From: an uncultured Gemmatimonadales bacterium
GTDB lineage: Bacteria; Gemmatimonadota; Gemmatimonadetes; Gemmatimonadales; GWC2-71-9
Assembly: GCA_963817435.1 (NCBI GenBank)
Contig: CAWFNY010000003.1
Coordinates: forward strand, 133,065-197,064
DNA: 64,000 nt
Reading direction: 5' to 3'
Shown: piece by piece, positions 37,909-46,613 of the stretch
Position numbering within the stretch: the first letter of the stretch is position 1
Layout of the letters: every line of letters starts with the position of its first letter
Notes under the pieces: model-generated
Told to the model about the DNA's origin: nothing
What the model saw: only the letters and a program-made list of their open reading frames with translations
The model's database searches: none
Made by a program: the position numbers and the translations under genes

Positions 37909-40593
37909 ATGATGGACGACCGCCTCGCCGCCGCCCTCGCCGACCATTACCGCCTCGAGCGGGAGCTCGGCCAGGGCGGTATGGCGACAGTCTACCTCGC
38001 GCAGGACCTCAAGCACGACCGCCAGGTCGCGATCAAGGTGCTGCGCCCCGAGCTCGCGGCCGTCATCGGCGCCGAGCGGTTCCTGCGCGAGATCAAGACC
38101 ATCGCCACGCTGCAGCATCCTCACATCCTCGGTCTGATCGACAGCGGCGAGGTCAACGGCACCGCCTACTACGTCATGCCCTTCGTCGAGGGGGAATCGC
38201 TCAGAGATCGCCTCACACGGGAGAAGCAGCTCCCTGTCACCGACGCGGTCCGGATCGCGACCGAAGTCGCCGCCGCCCTCGACTACGCCCACCGCCACGG
38301 CGTGATTCATCGCGACATCAAGCCCGAGAACGTGCTGCTGCACGACGGCAGCGCGCTGGTCGCCGATTTCGGGATCGCGCTTGCAGTGAGCTCCGCCGGC
38401 GGGACGCGGATGACCGAGACCGGCATGAGCCTCGGTACGCCGCACTACATGTCGCCCGAACAGGCAATGGGCGAGCGGGAGATCACCGCGCGGAGCGACG
38501 TCTACGCCCTTGGCGCGATGACGTATGAGACACTCATCGGCGAGCCGCCATTCACGGGCCCCACGGCGCAGGCGATCATCGCCAAGGTGATGACCGGAGA
38601 GCCGGCACCACTCACGGCGCAGCGGAAGAGTGTCCCGGAAGCGGTCGAGAGCGCGGTGCTCACCGCGCTCGCCAAGCTGCCGGCCGACCGGTTCGGGAGC
38701 GCCGTGGAGTTCGCGGCGGCACTCCGGGGCGAGGGCACGCGCGCGACGACCGCGCGGCGGCCTGCCGCACCGGCCGCGAGCCCGATGGCGCTTCGCGTGG
38801 TCAGCGGCATCGCGGTGCTCGCCACGCTGGCCGCGCTGGCGCTCGCGGTCAAGCTGGCGCACCCGCCGGCCGGCCCGGTCACCCGGCTCACCCTCGACCT
38901 GCCCGATCTTCGGGTGAACCACAGCGGCTACTACGGAACCGCATTCGCCATCGCGCCGGACGGCTCCCGCATCGCGTTCATCAGCCGAACGGGTGGCGGC
39001 GGCGATGGACTGGGCGGGATCACCCATCTCATGGTGCGCGACCGCGGGGATGTGCAGCCGCGCCTTCTGGATGGGACCGATGGCGCCGATGGGCCGTTCT
39101 TCTCGCCCGATGGGCAGTGGATCGCCTACCTCGCCAACGGCAAGGTGTTCAAGATCGCGGCCGCGGGCGGCGGGCCGCCAGCACAGGTGGCGGAGGGCGC
39201 CAACCCCATCCTCGCCGGCGGGACATGGCTCGACGATGGACGGATCGTCTTCAGCAGTCCCAGCTTCAATCTGCTCGCGGTGCCGTCGTCCGGAGGACCA
39301 GTCACGACGATCGTGCCGGCACCGGAGAACGGCGGGATGATCTTTCCGACCGCACTGCCACGAAAGGATGTCCTGCTGGTCACTCGCTGCGGCAACAACT
39401 GCGCGCAGCAGGTCCTCATGGCGGTCAACCTGAAGACGCAGGCGCTGGACACCATTCTCCGCGGCGCATCGCGCGGGTTCTACCTGCCGACGGGCGATCT
39501 GATCGCGGTCCTGCAGGACGGCAGTGTGGTGGGCGCGCCGTTCGACGTCGGCGCCCTGCGATTCAAGCGCCCCCCAGCCGTGCTGCTCAGCGGGGTGCAG
39601 AGCGAACTCACGATCATCCCCGAATTCGCCGTCGCGGACGATGGCACGATGGTCTATCTCCCCTCCAGCCTCACCGCGGGGCGGGCCACACCGGCCGAGG
39701 TGGACCGGAACGGGAAGAGCCGGATCCTCGATCCCGCCTGGCTGGGCCGGTTCAACAGCATGACGCTCTCACCGGACGGACGCCGCGTGGCGGTGGGCAT
39801 GGGCGAGGGGACTGGGGGCATGCTGTGGGTGAAGCAACTCGACGCCGGTCCGCTTACGCGAATCACCTTCGATGGGACGATCAACTATCGCGGGGCCTGG
39901 ATGGCCGATGGACGCACCCTGAGCTACAGCTCGGACAGGCAAGGCCCCGCCACCTACCTGTACCGGGTCCGCGACGACGGCAGCGACAAGCCGGAACGGC
40001 TCTTCCCCACAGATACCTCGCAGATTGACGAGGCGGTCTGGTCTCAGGACGGCCAGTGGGTGGTGTACCGTACCGGCACCGTCGCCGGGGTGCGCGACCT
40101 CTACGCTCGGCGGCTCCACGGCGACACGGCCCGGGTCACCATCGCCGCCGGGCCAGCCGACGAGTACATGCCCGCGCTCTCGCCGGATGGAAAATGGATC
40201 GCCTATGTGTCGCTCGAGTCGGGGCGGGAAGAGATCTACGTCCGCCCCTTTCCCGACGTCACGCGGGCCAGGTGGCAGGTTTCGCCGGCGGGGGGGACGA
40301 GTCCGGTCTGGGCGCATTCCGGGCGTGAGCTCTTCTACCTCGCGCCGGGAGACAGCCTGGTCTCCGCCAGCGTCACCGGCACCCCGGATTTCCAGGTGTC
40401 GGACCGCCACGCGCTCTTCAAGACGCTGCCCTTCGTCTTCCAGCCGTGGCACCAGGCTTTCGGGGTCCGCCCCGGAGACCGGAGCTTCGTGATGCTGCAG
40501 CGGTCTTCGTCGCAGGGGCCCGAGACCCGCCGGCTGACGGTGGTGCTCAACTGGTTCACCGAGGTGAACGCCAGGCTGGGGGCAGCGGAATGA
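37909..40593 (+). CDS. receptor Ser/Thr protein kinase K5 (kinase-TM-propeller), head subfamily B
   Basis: 894 aa. The ATG directly abuts the K4 TAG. All kinase motifs present. Tail LTVVLNWFTEVNARLG. Confidence 0.9.
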   Translation: MMDDRLAAALADHYRLERELGQGGMATVYLAQDLKHDRQVAIKVLRPELAAVIGAERFLREIKTIATLQHPHILGLIDSGEVNGTAYYVMPFVEGESLRDRLTREKQLPVTDAVRIATEVAAALDYAHRHGVIHRDIKPENVLLHDGSALVADFGIALAVSSAGGTRMTETGMSLGTPHYMSPEQAMGEREITARSDVYALGAMTYETLIGEPPFTGPTAQAIIAKVMTGEPAPLTAQRKSVPEAVESAVLTALAKLPADRFGSAVEFAAALRGEGTRATTARRPAAPAASPMALRVVSGIAVLATLAALALAVKLAHPPAGPVTRLTLDLPDLRVNHSGYYGTAFAIAPDGSRIAFISRTGGGGDGLGGITHLMVRDRGDVQPRLLDGTDGADGPFFSPDGQWIAYLANGKVFKIAAAGGGPPAQVAEGANPILAGGTWLDDGRIVFSSPSFNLLAVPSSGGPVTTIVPAPENGGMIFPTALPRKDVLLVTRCGNNCAQQVLMAVNLKTQALDTILRGASRGFYLPTGDLIAVLQDGSVVGAPFDVGALRFKRPPAVLLSGVQSELTIIPEFAVADDGTMVYLPSSLTAGRATPAEVDRNGKSRILDPAWLGRFNSMTLSPDGRRVAVGMGEGTGGMLWVKQLDAGPLTRITFDGTINYRGAWMADGRTLSYSSDRQGPATYLYRVRDDGSDKPERLFPTDTSQIDEAVWSQDGQWVVYRTGTVAGVRDLYARRLHGDTARVTIAAGPADEYMPALSPDGKWIAYVSLESGREEIYVRPFPDVTRARWQVSPAGGTSPVWAHSGRELFYLAPGDSLVSASVTGTPDFQVSDRHALFKTLPFVFQPWHQAFGVRPGDRSFVMLQRSSSQGPETRRLTVVLNWFTEVNARLGAAE

Positions 40594-41999
40594 ACCCCCG
40601 CCTCACGAGCGCCCTCGCCGACCGGTACCGCCTCGAGCGCGAGTTAGGCGCCGGGGGAATGGCCACCGTGTATCTCGCCGAGGACCTGAAGCACCAGCGC
40701 CGGGTCGCGGTGAAGGTGCTGCGCCCAGAGCTGGCGGCCACGCTCGGACCCGAGCGCTTCGCCCGGGAGATCGCCGTGGCCGCGCGGCTGCAGCACCCCC
40801 ACATCCTCGGCCTGCTCGACTCGGGCGACGCCGACGGCTTCTTCTACTACGTGATGCCCTACGTGGAGGGAGAGACCCTCCGCGAACGCCTGGCGCGGGC
40901 CGGCGAGCTGCCGGTGCCGGAGACGGTGCGGCTGCTGGGCGAGATCGCCGAGGCCCTGGCCGTGGCGCACAAGGCGGGCGTGGTGCACCGCGACATCAAG
41001 CCGGAGAACATCCTCCTCTCCGGGCGCCACGCGCTGGTCATGGACTTCGGCGTGGCCAAGGCGGTCACCGAGGCCTCGGGCCGGCAGCAGCTCACCACCG
41101 CCGGTGTCGCGTTAGGCACCCCGGCCTACATGGCGCCGGAGCAGGCCTCGGCCGACCCGCAGATGGATGGCCGGGTGGATATCTACGCCCTCGGCGTGCT
41201 GGGCTACGAGATGCTCACCGGCCATCCCCCCTTCCACGGCCTCACGCCGCAGCAGACCCTCGCGGCGCACGTGACCCAGACGCCGATCGCCGTGGGGCAG
41301 CAGCGCGCCGGCCTCTCGCTGGCGCTCGAGGCGGTGGTCATGAAGTGCCTGGCCAAGCGTCCGGCCGATCGCTTCCAGTCGGCCGAGGAACTGGCGGTGC
41401 TGCTGGAACCCCTGGGCACGCCGAGCGGCGGGATGACCCCGACGCATACCCAACCGCATTCGGCCGTGGCGGCGGTGGCCGACCGGAAGCGGCCCGCGTG
41501 GTTGATGTGGGGCGGCGTGGCAGCGGTGCTTCTCGTGGTCGGCGGGGCGCTGGGCTGGAAGCTCACCCATGCCGGCGCAGGGAGTGGCAGGATCCAGCGC
41601 ATCGGGGTCCTCCCGATCGAGGACATCTCGGGCAAGGACGCCGAGTTCGTCGTGGCGATGCACGACGCCCTCACCAATGCGCTGGCGCAGCAGGGCGTGG
41701 TGGGCGTGGCGCCGCGCTCCACGATGGTGCGCTACAAGGACAGCCCCAAGACGGTGAAGGAGATCGCGGCGGCGGAGGGCCTCGATGCCGTGGTGGAAAC
41801 GACGGTCTTCCGCGCGGGGGACGTGATGCGAATCAACGTGCAGTTCAGCGACCCCATCACCACGCGGAGCCTCTGGGCCAGCACCTACAGCCCGAACGTG
41901 AACGACGTGCTCAAGGCGCAGAGCGCCGTCGTCGAACAGATCAAGGCCGGCATCGACAGCGTGCTCGGCGGCAAGCGAACCACTGGAGCGCAATCATGA
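40590..41999 (+). CDS. Ser/Thr protein kinase K6 (kinase-TM-short periplasmic module, no propeller), head subfamily E
   Basis: ATG 40590 overlaps the K5 TGA (ATGA). 469 aa. LGAGGMATVY, VAVKVL, HRDIKPEN, MDFGVAKAV, YMAPEQ. TM helix then IGVLPIEDISGKDAEFVVAMHDALTNAL... (about 110 aa). Confidence 0.85.
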   Translation: MNPRLTSALADRYRLERELGAGGMATVYLAEDLKHQRRVAVKVLRPELAATLGPERFAREIAVAARLQHPHILGLLDSGDADGFFYYVMPYVEGETLRERLARAGELPVPETVRLLGEIAEALAVAHKAGVVHRDIKPENILLSGRHALVMDFGVAKAVTEASGRQQLTTAGVALGTPAYMAPEQASADPQMDGRVDIYALGVLGYEMLTGHPPFHGLTPQQTLAAHVTQTPIAVGQQRAGLSLALEAVVMKCLAKRPADRFQSAEELAVLLEPLGTPSGGMTPTHTQPHSAVAAVADRKRPAWLMWGGVAAVLLVVGGALGWKLTHAGAGSGRIQRIGVLPIEDISGKDAEFVVAMHDALTNALAQQGVVGVAPRSTMVRYKDSPKTVKEIAAAEGLDAVVETTVFRAGDVMRINVQFSDPITTRSLWASTYSPNVNDVLKAQSAVVEQIKAGIDSVLGGKRTTGAQS

Positions 42000-43954
42000 A
42001 GCACGCAGTCGTCGTCGCGGGCATCGGCCTCCTTGCCGCCTGCAGCCCAGGCAAGACGGGCAATCCTGCCCTGCCGCCGGTCACCATGGTCTCCCCCGAC
42101 AGCGCCAATGACGTCACGGCCCGCTTCTCCCCCGACGGCACGCGCCTCTTCTGGTGGCAGCCCGCCGGGGGGACGAATCAGCTGTGGACCGCCGGTGCCG
42201 ATCACAGCAACCCGACCAGCGTTCCGGTCACCTCGATCGCCGACAACCCGGTCCTCTGGTCACCGGACCGATCGCAGATCGCGGTGCCCTCGAGCAACGC
42301 AGGGTTGCTGCAGGTGGCGGTCATTTCAGCCGGCGGCGGAGCGCCGAAACAACTGAGTAATGTGGCGGGGGTCGCCATCCCGATCAGCTGGCACCCTGAT
42401 GGCGACCGTGTTGGCTACATCGCCACGAGCGCGGGGGCTGGTGGCGGCACCTTTCGGTCGTTCGTTACCTCGGTGAGCCACGGCGGCAGCTTGCCCCTCA
42501 TTCCCGACGAACAGCGCCCGAACATCGGCGAGTGGTCGCCCGACGGGTCCCGTATCGGCTACTTGGTCATCGGAGGGGGGCGCGTCACGATCTGGGTGGC
42601 CGACAGCACCGGGCACCATCCACGCCAACTGACCACCGATGGCTTCGAGAATTTCGCCGAGTACGAATCGGCCTGGTCGCCGGATGGGAAGGAACTGCTC
42701 TACGAGTCGCGACGCACAGGCACCAGCGACGTCTGGGTGGTCCCGGTGGACAGCGGGGCGCCCCGCCAGCTTACGCGCGACATCCGGAACGACTGGACGC
42801 CGCGCTGGTCCCCCGACGGCAAATGGGTGGCGTTCCTCTCGGACCGGGGGAAGCAGACTGACGTCTGGGTCGTGCCCGCGGCCGGAGGGCGGGAGATCAG
42901 GGTGACGGACGACGTGGACGTGGAAGACCTGATGCAATGGCTCTCCGGCAGCCGACTGGCCTACCTCACCGGTCGGGGGCAGAGCGGCATTTGGGCGCTG
43001 TCGCTCGGCGACAGTTCCGAGCGACGCCTGACGCCGGATTCCCTCCGCGCAGCAAGCCCGCGGCTCTCGCCGGATGGCACGCAGGTCGCCTTCAACGTGG
43101 ATCGGGGCGGTGGGGTGAACGACATCGCGCTCGTGCCCCTGGCGGGCGGTCCCATGCGGACGCTGGTACAGGGCGGCAACAACTCCGAAGTGTCCTGGTC
43201 CCCGGACGGGGCGCGCCTCGTCTTCTCGTCGGATCGGGGCGGCAGCCAGGACATCTGGGTGGTCGATGTCGCCGGCGGTGAGCCACGCCAGCTCACGAAT
43301 TGGCCCGGCGGCGAACGCAGTCCCCGTTGGAATGTCGACGGCTCCGCGGTCTGGTTCGTGTCCGACCGCGACGCACGGGTCAGCGATCTCTGGCTGGTGC
43401 CTGTGGCCGGCGGCGAGCCGGTCCGCGTGACGCACGCGGGGATGGTCAACAACCTCGCCACGGCTCGCGGCCGCCCGGAGCTCTTCGCTTCGGTCCTCGG
43501 CACGACCGGACAATACGAAGTCGTGCAGGTGAAGCCGGACGGAGCGCTGGTACCCATCTGGCAGCGCAGCAACGCCTTTCCAAACGACATATTCCCGGAC
43601 GGAGACTCCCTGGTCATTGCCGAGGGTGGCAAGGGAGGACAATGGCAGTTCCGGATCCTCCCCGTGACCGGCCGAGGGGAGGGACAGATTGTGAACGATC
43701 CCGGCACGGTCTTCACCGGCAACTCGGAGGATTGGAGCCTGGTGGTCTACCAGATTCCGAACGGGGCGGTGCACAACCTCGGGCTGCGCAACCGCAAGGA
43801 CGGGACGACCCGGCGGCTGACGACGTCTTCCTTCGACGAAGGCTGGGTCAATTTCACGCCTGACAACCGAACGATGGTGTTCCAGCGGTCACGGTCGGTC
43901 CGCCGCATCGCCATCGCCGACCTGAGCAAGCTGCTGGCGGGGACGGTGAAGTGA
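41996..43954 (+). CDS. TolB/PD40-like multi-blade beta-propeller lipoprotein (detached sensor module)
   Basis: The track ORF 41345.. is over-extended. ATG 41996 overlaps the K6 TGA. Lipobox MKHAVVVAGIGLLAAC. 652 aa. Many FSPDG/WSPDG blades followed by D(V/I)WVVP strands. Confidence 0.85.
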   Translation: MKHAVVVAGIGLLAACSPGKTGNPALPPVTMVSPDSANDVTARFSPDGTRLFWWQPAGGTNQLWTAGADHSNPTSVPVTSIADNPVLWSPDRSQIAVPSSNAGLLQVAVISAGGGAPKQLSNVAGVAIPISWHPDGDRVGYIATSAGAGGGTFRSFVTSVSHGGSLPLIPDEQRPNIGEWSPDGSRIGYLVIGGGRVTIWVADSTGHHPRQLTTDGFENFAEYESAWSPDGKELLYESRRTGTSDVWVVPVDSGAPRQLTRDIRNDWTPRWSPDGKWVAFLSDRGKQTDVWVVPAAGGREIRVTDDVDVEDLMQWLSGSRLAYLTGRGQSGIWALSLGDSSERRLTPDSLRAASPRLSPDGTQVAFNVDRGGGVNDIALVPLAGGPMRTLVQGGNNSEVSWSPDGARLVFSSDRGGSQDIWVVDVAGGEPRQLTNWPGGERSPRWNVDGSAVWFVSDRDARVSDLWLVPVAGGEPVRVTHAGMVNNLATARGRPELFASVLGTTGQYEVVQVKPDGALVPIWQRSNAFPNDIFPDGDSLVIAEGGKGGQWQFRILPVTGRGEGQIVNDPGTVFTGNSEDWSLVVYQIPNGAVHNLGLRNRKDGTTRRLTTSSFDEGWVNFTPDNRTMVFQRSRSVRRIAIADLSKLLAGTVK

Positions 43955-43976
43955 CGAGCACCGTACCGGCGAGCCG

Positions 43977-46613
43977 ATGACGCAGGCTCTCGACCGCCTC
44001 GCCGCGGCCCTCGCCGACCGCTACCGCCTCGAGCGTGAGTTAGGCGCCGGGGGCATGGCCACGGTGTATCTCGCGCACGACCTCAAACACGACCGCCAGG
44101 TCGCGATCAAGGTGCTGCGTCCTGAACTGGCCGCGGTGATCGGCGCCGACCGGTTCCTCTCCGAGATCAAGACGACCGCAAATCTTCAGCACCCGCACAT
44201 CCTCCCGCTCTTCGATTCCGGTGTCGCGGACTCGTTCCTGTTCTACGTCATGCCCTTCATCGAGGGGGAATCCCTCCGCGACCGGCTGAACCGGGAGAAG
44301 CAGCTCCCCATCGCCGATGGTGTGCGCATCGCAACCGAAGTGGCCGGTGCCCTCGACTACGCCCATCGCCACGGCGTCATCCACCGTGACATCAAGCCGG
44401 AGAACATCCTGCTGCACGATGGCCGCGCCCTGGTCGCGGACTTCGGCATCGCGCTGGCCGCGAGCAAGTCGGGCGGCACCCGGATGACCGAGACCGGCAT
44501 GTCGCTCGGCACCCCGACCTACATGTCGCCGGAGCAGGCCATGGGCGAGCGGGAGATCACGGCCCGCTCCGACGTCTACGCCCTCGGCTGCATCACCTAC
44601 GAGATGCTGGTCGGTGACCCACCCTTCCTCGGCGGGACGGCCCAGGCGATCGTCGCGAAGGTCATGACCGAGAAGCCCGTGCCGCCGTCCCGGATGCGTG
44701 ACACCGTGCCGGTCGCCGTCGAGGACGCGGTGATCACCGCCCTCGCCAAGCTCCCGGCCGATCGCTTCGCGAGCGCAGCGGAGTTTGCCGCGGCGCTGGA
44801 TGGCAAGGTCGAGGGGGCGCGGAGTGCGACGCGGATGCGCCCTGTCCGTGGGCAACCCGCCAGGCCCCGCCGTCCCGCGCTGATCGCGGCCGGCATCACC
44901 CTGGTTGCGTTGTCGCTTGCCGCTGGCTGGCTGATCCGTGGTGGGCTGGCAAGAGCCGCGGCGGACGCGTCGGTGGAATTCGCCTTCAGGATGGGCGATG
45001 GTGGTGTCGACCAGCCCGGTGTGATCATTTCCCCGGACGGGCAACGCATCGTGCAGGCGGTCCAGGATTCGGCCGGCGTGGATGGCCTGCTGGTGCGCGA
45101 GCTCGGCTCGACCGTGATCCGCCCGATCGCGGGGTCGGAGGGGGCCCAATGGCCCGAGTTCTCGCACGATGGCCACTGGATCACTTATCAGCGGAATGGC
45201 AAGCTGTACAAGATCCCGGCGGCCGGAGGCCCCGCGACCGTGCTGGCCGACTCCAACAATTCGGGGTCGGGCTGGACCCTCGATGACGCCACCATCATGT
45301 ATACCAAGGGCAATTCCGGGCTCTGGTCCGTTCCGGCATCAGGAGGTACGGCGAAACAATTGACCAGGCTCGACAGCACCAGACACGAATTTGCGCACTG
45401 GTTCCCTCAGGCCCTCCCCGATGGGCGCACGGCCATCTTCACCAACTATGCGACGCCCTTCTCGAACGCGCGCATCGAGGCTGTGGAACTGGCGACCGGC
45501 AAGCGCACCGTTCTCGTGACAGGCGCCGTCTTCGGCCGCTACGTCGCTGGCGGCTACCTGCTGTATGCGCGCGATGGCGCTGTCTTCGCCGTTCGGTTTG
45601 ATCCGGCGAAGCTCAAGGTGAGCGGCGCCGCGGTGCCGGTCGTCGACGACGTCGCCTGGCAGCCCTACAACGGCTCGGCCGGCTTCGCCATCGCCGACAA
45701 CGGCACCATGGTCTACCTCAAGGCGTCGGAATGGAATGTCGACCGCCGAGTGGTCTGGTCCGATCGCTCCGGACATGAGGAGCCGGCACTACCCGACGGC
45801 GGCTCGTGGGCGGAACCACGCCTGTCGCCGGACGCCAGGTGGATCGCGCTGACCCGGACGGAACCGAAGCGTGACCTCTGGCTCTTCGAACGGAGCCGGA
45901 AGGTGCTGACGCAGCTGACACGAGCCCAGGGTGCCGCCTTCAATCCGCACTGGCTGCCTGACAGTCGCTCCATCATCTACACCTTCGAGGATCCGGTCTA
46001 CGACCTGCACCGGATTCCCATCGATGCCAGCGCCCCCGACGCGGAGGTGCTCGCGACGCCCTACGACAAGCGCGCGGCGTCGATCTCTCCAGATGGCCGG
46101 ACGCTGGCGTATACCGAGACCATGAACCATGATCGCCTCCTGCTCCGGCTGATCGCCGGGGGGCCTTCGACGCCGGTCGACGATCGCGGCGCCACCCAGC
46201 GCAGCGGATCGTTCTCTCCTGACGGGAAGTGGATCGCGTACGAGGAGTTCAACCAGGACGAACAGCCGCAGGTCTATGTTCGTGCCCTCGATGGCCATGG
46301 TGGCCGTATCCAGGTGTCGGCCGACGGCGGGCGGCAGCCGCGCTGGACCAGGGGCGGTCGCGAAATCATCTACCGGAAGGGGGACGCCATCCTGGCGATT
46401 CCCTTTCAGCCGGCAACGGGCGAGGTCGAAACGGCGACCGTGCTCTTCCGGAAGCCGGATGCCGGCCAGCTCGACGGTCGTTCCGTGGGCTACGATGTCG
46501 CGCCGGATGGGTCGCGCTTCCTGCTGGTGACCCCCATCCCGAAGCCGGAAGCGCAGCCGACGCACGTCATCCTCAACTGGACCAGCATCCTCCAGCAGAA
46601 GGTGCCAGAGTGA
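43977..46613 (+). CDS. receptor Ser/Thr protein kinase K7 (kinase-TM-propeller), head subfamily D
   Basis: 878 aa with all kinase motifs. TM helix ALIAAGITLVALSLAAGWL. Tail HVILNWTSILQQKV. Confidence 0.9.
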   Translation: MTQALDRLAAALADRYRLERELGAGGMATVYLAHDLKHDRQVAIKVLRPELAAVIGADRFLSEIKTTANLQHPHILPLFDSGVADSFLFYVMPFIEGESLRDRLNREKQLPIADGVRIATEVAGALDYAHRHGVIHRDIKPENILLHDGRALVADFGIALAASKSGGTRMTETGMSLGTPTYMSPEQAMGEREITARSDVYALGCITYEMLVGDPPFLGGTAQAIVAKVMTEKPVPPSRMRDTVPVAVEDAVITALAKLPADRFASAAEFAAALDGKVEGARSATRMRPVRGQPARPRRPALIAAGITLVALSLAAGWLIRGGLARAAADASVEFAFRMGDGGVDQPGVIISPDGQRIVQAVQDSAGVDGLLVRELGSTVIRPIAGSEGAQWPEFSHDGHWITYQRNGKLYKIPAAGGPATVLADSNNSGSGWTLDDATIMYTKGNSGLWSVPASGGTAKQLTRLDSTRHEFAHWFPQALPDGRTAIFTNYATPFSNARIEAVELATGKRTVLVTGAVFGRYVAGGYLLYARDGAVFAVRFDPAKLKVSGAAVPVVDDVAWQPYNGSAGFAIADNGTMVYLKASEWNVDRRVVWSDRSGHEEPALPDGGSWAEPRLSPDARWIALTRTEPKRDLWLFERSRKVLTQLTRAQGAAFNPHWLPDSRSIIYTFEDPVYDLHRIPIDASAPDAEVLATPYDKRAASISPDGRTLAYTETMNHDRLLLRLIAGGPSTPVDDRGATQRSGSFSPDGKWIAYEEFNQDEQPQVYVRALDGHGGRIQVSADGGRQPRWTRGGREIIYRKGDAILAIPFQPATGEVETATVLFRKPDAGQLDGRSVGYDVAPDGSRFLLVTPIPKPEAQPTHVILNWTSILQQKVPE

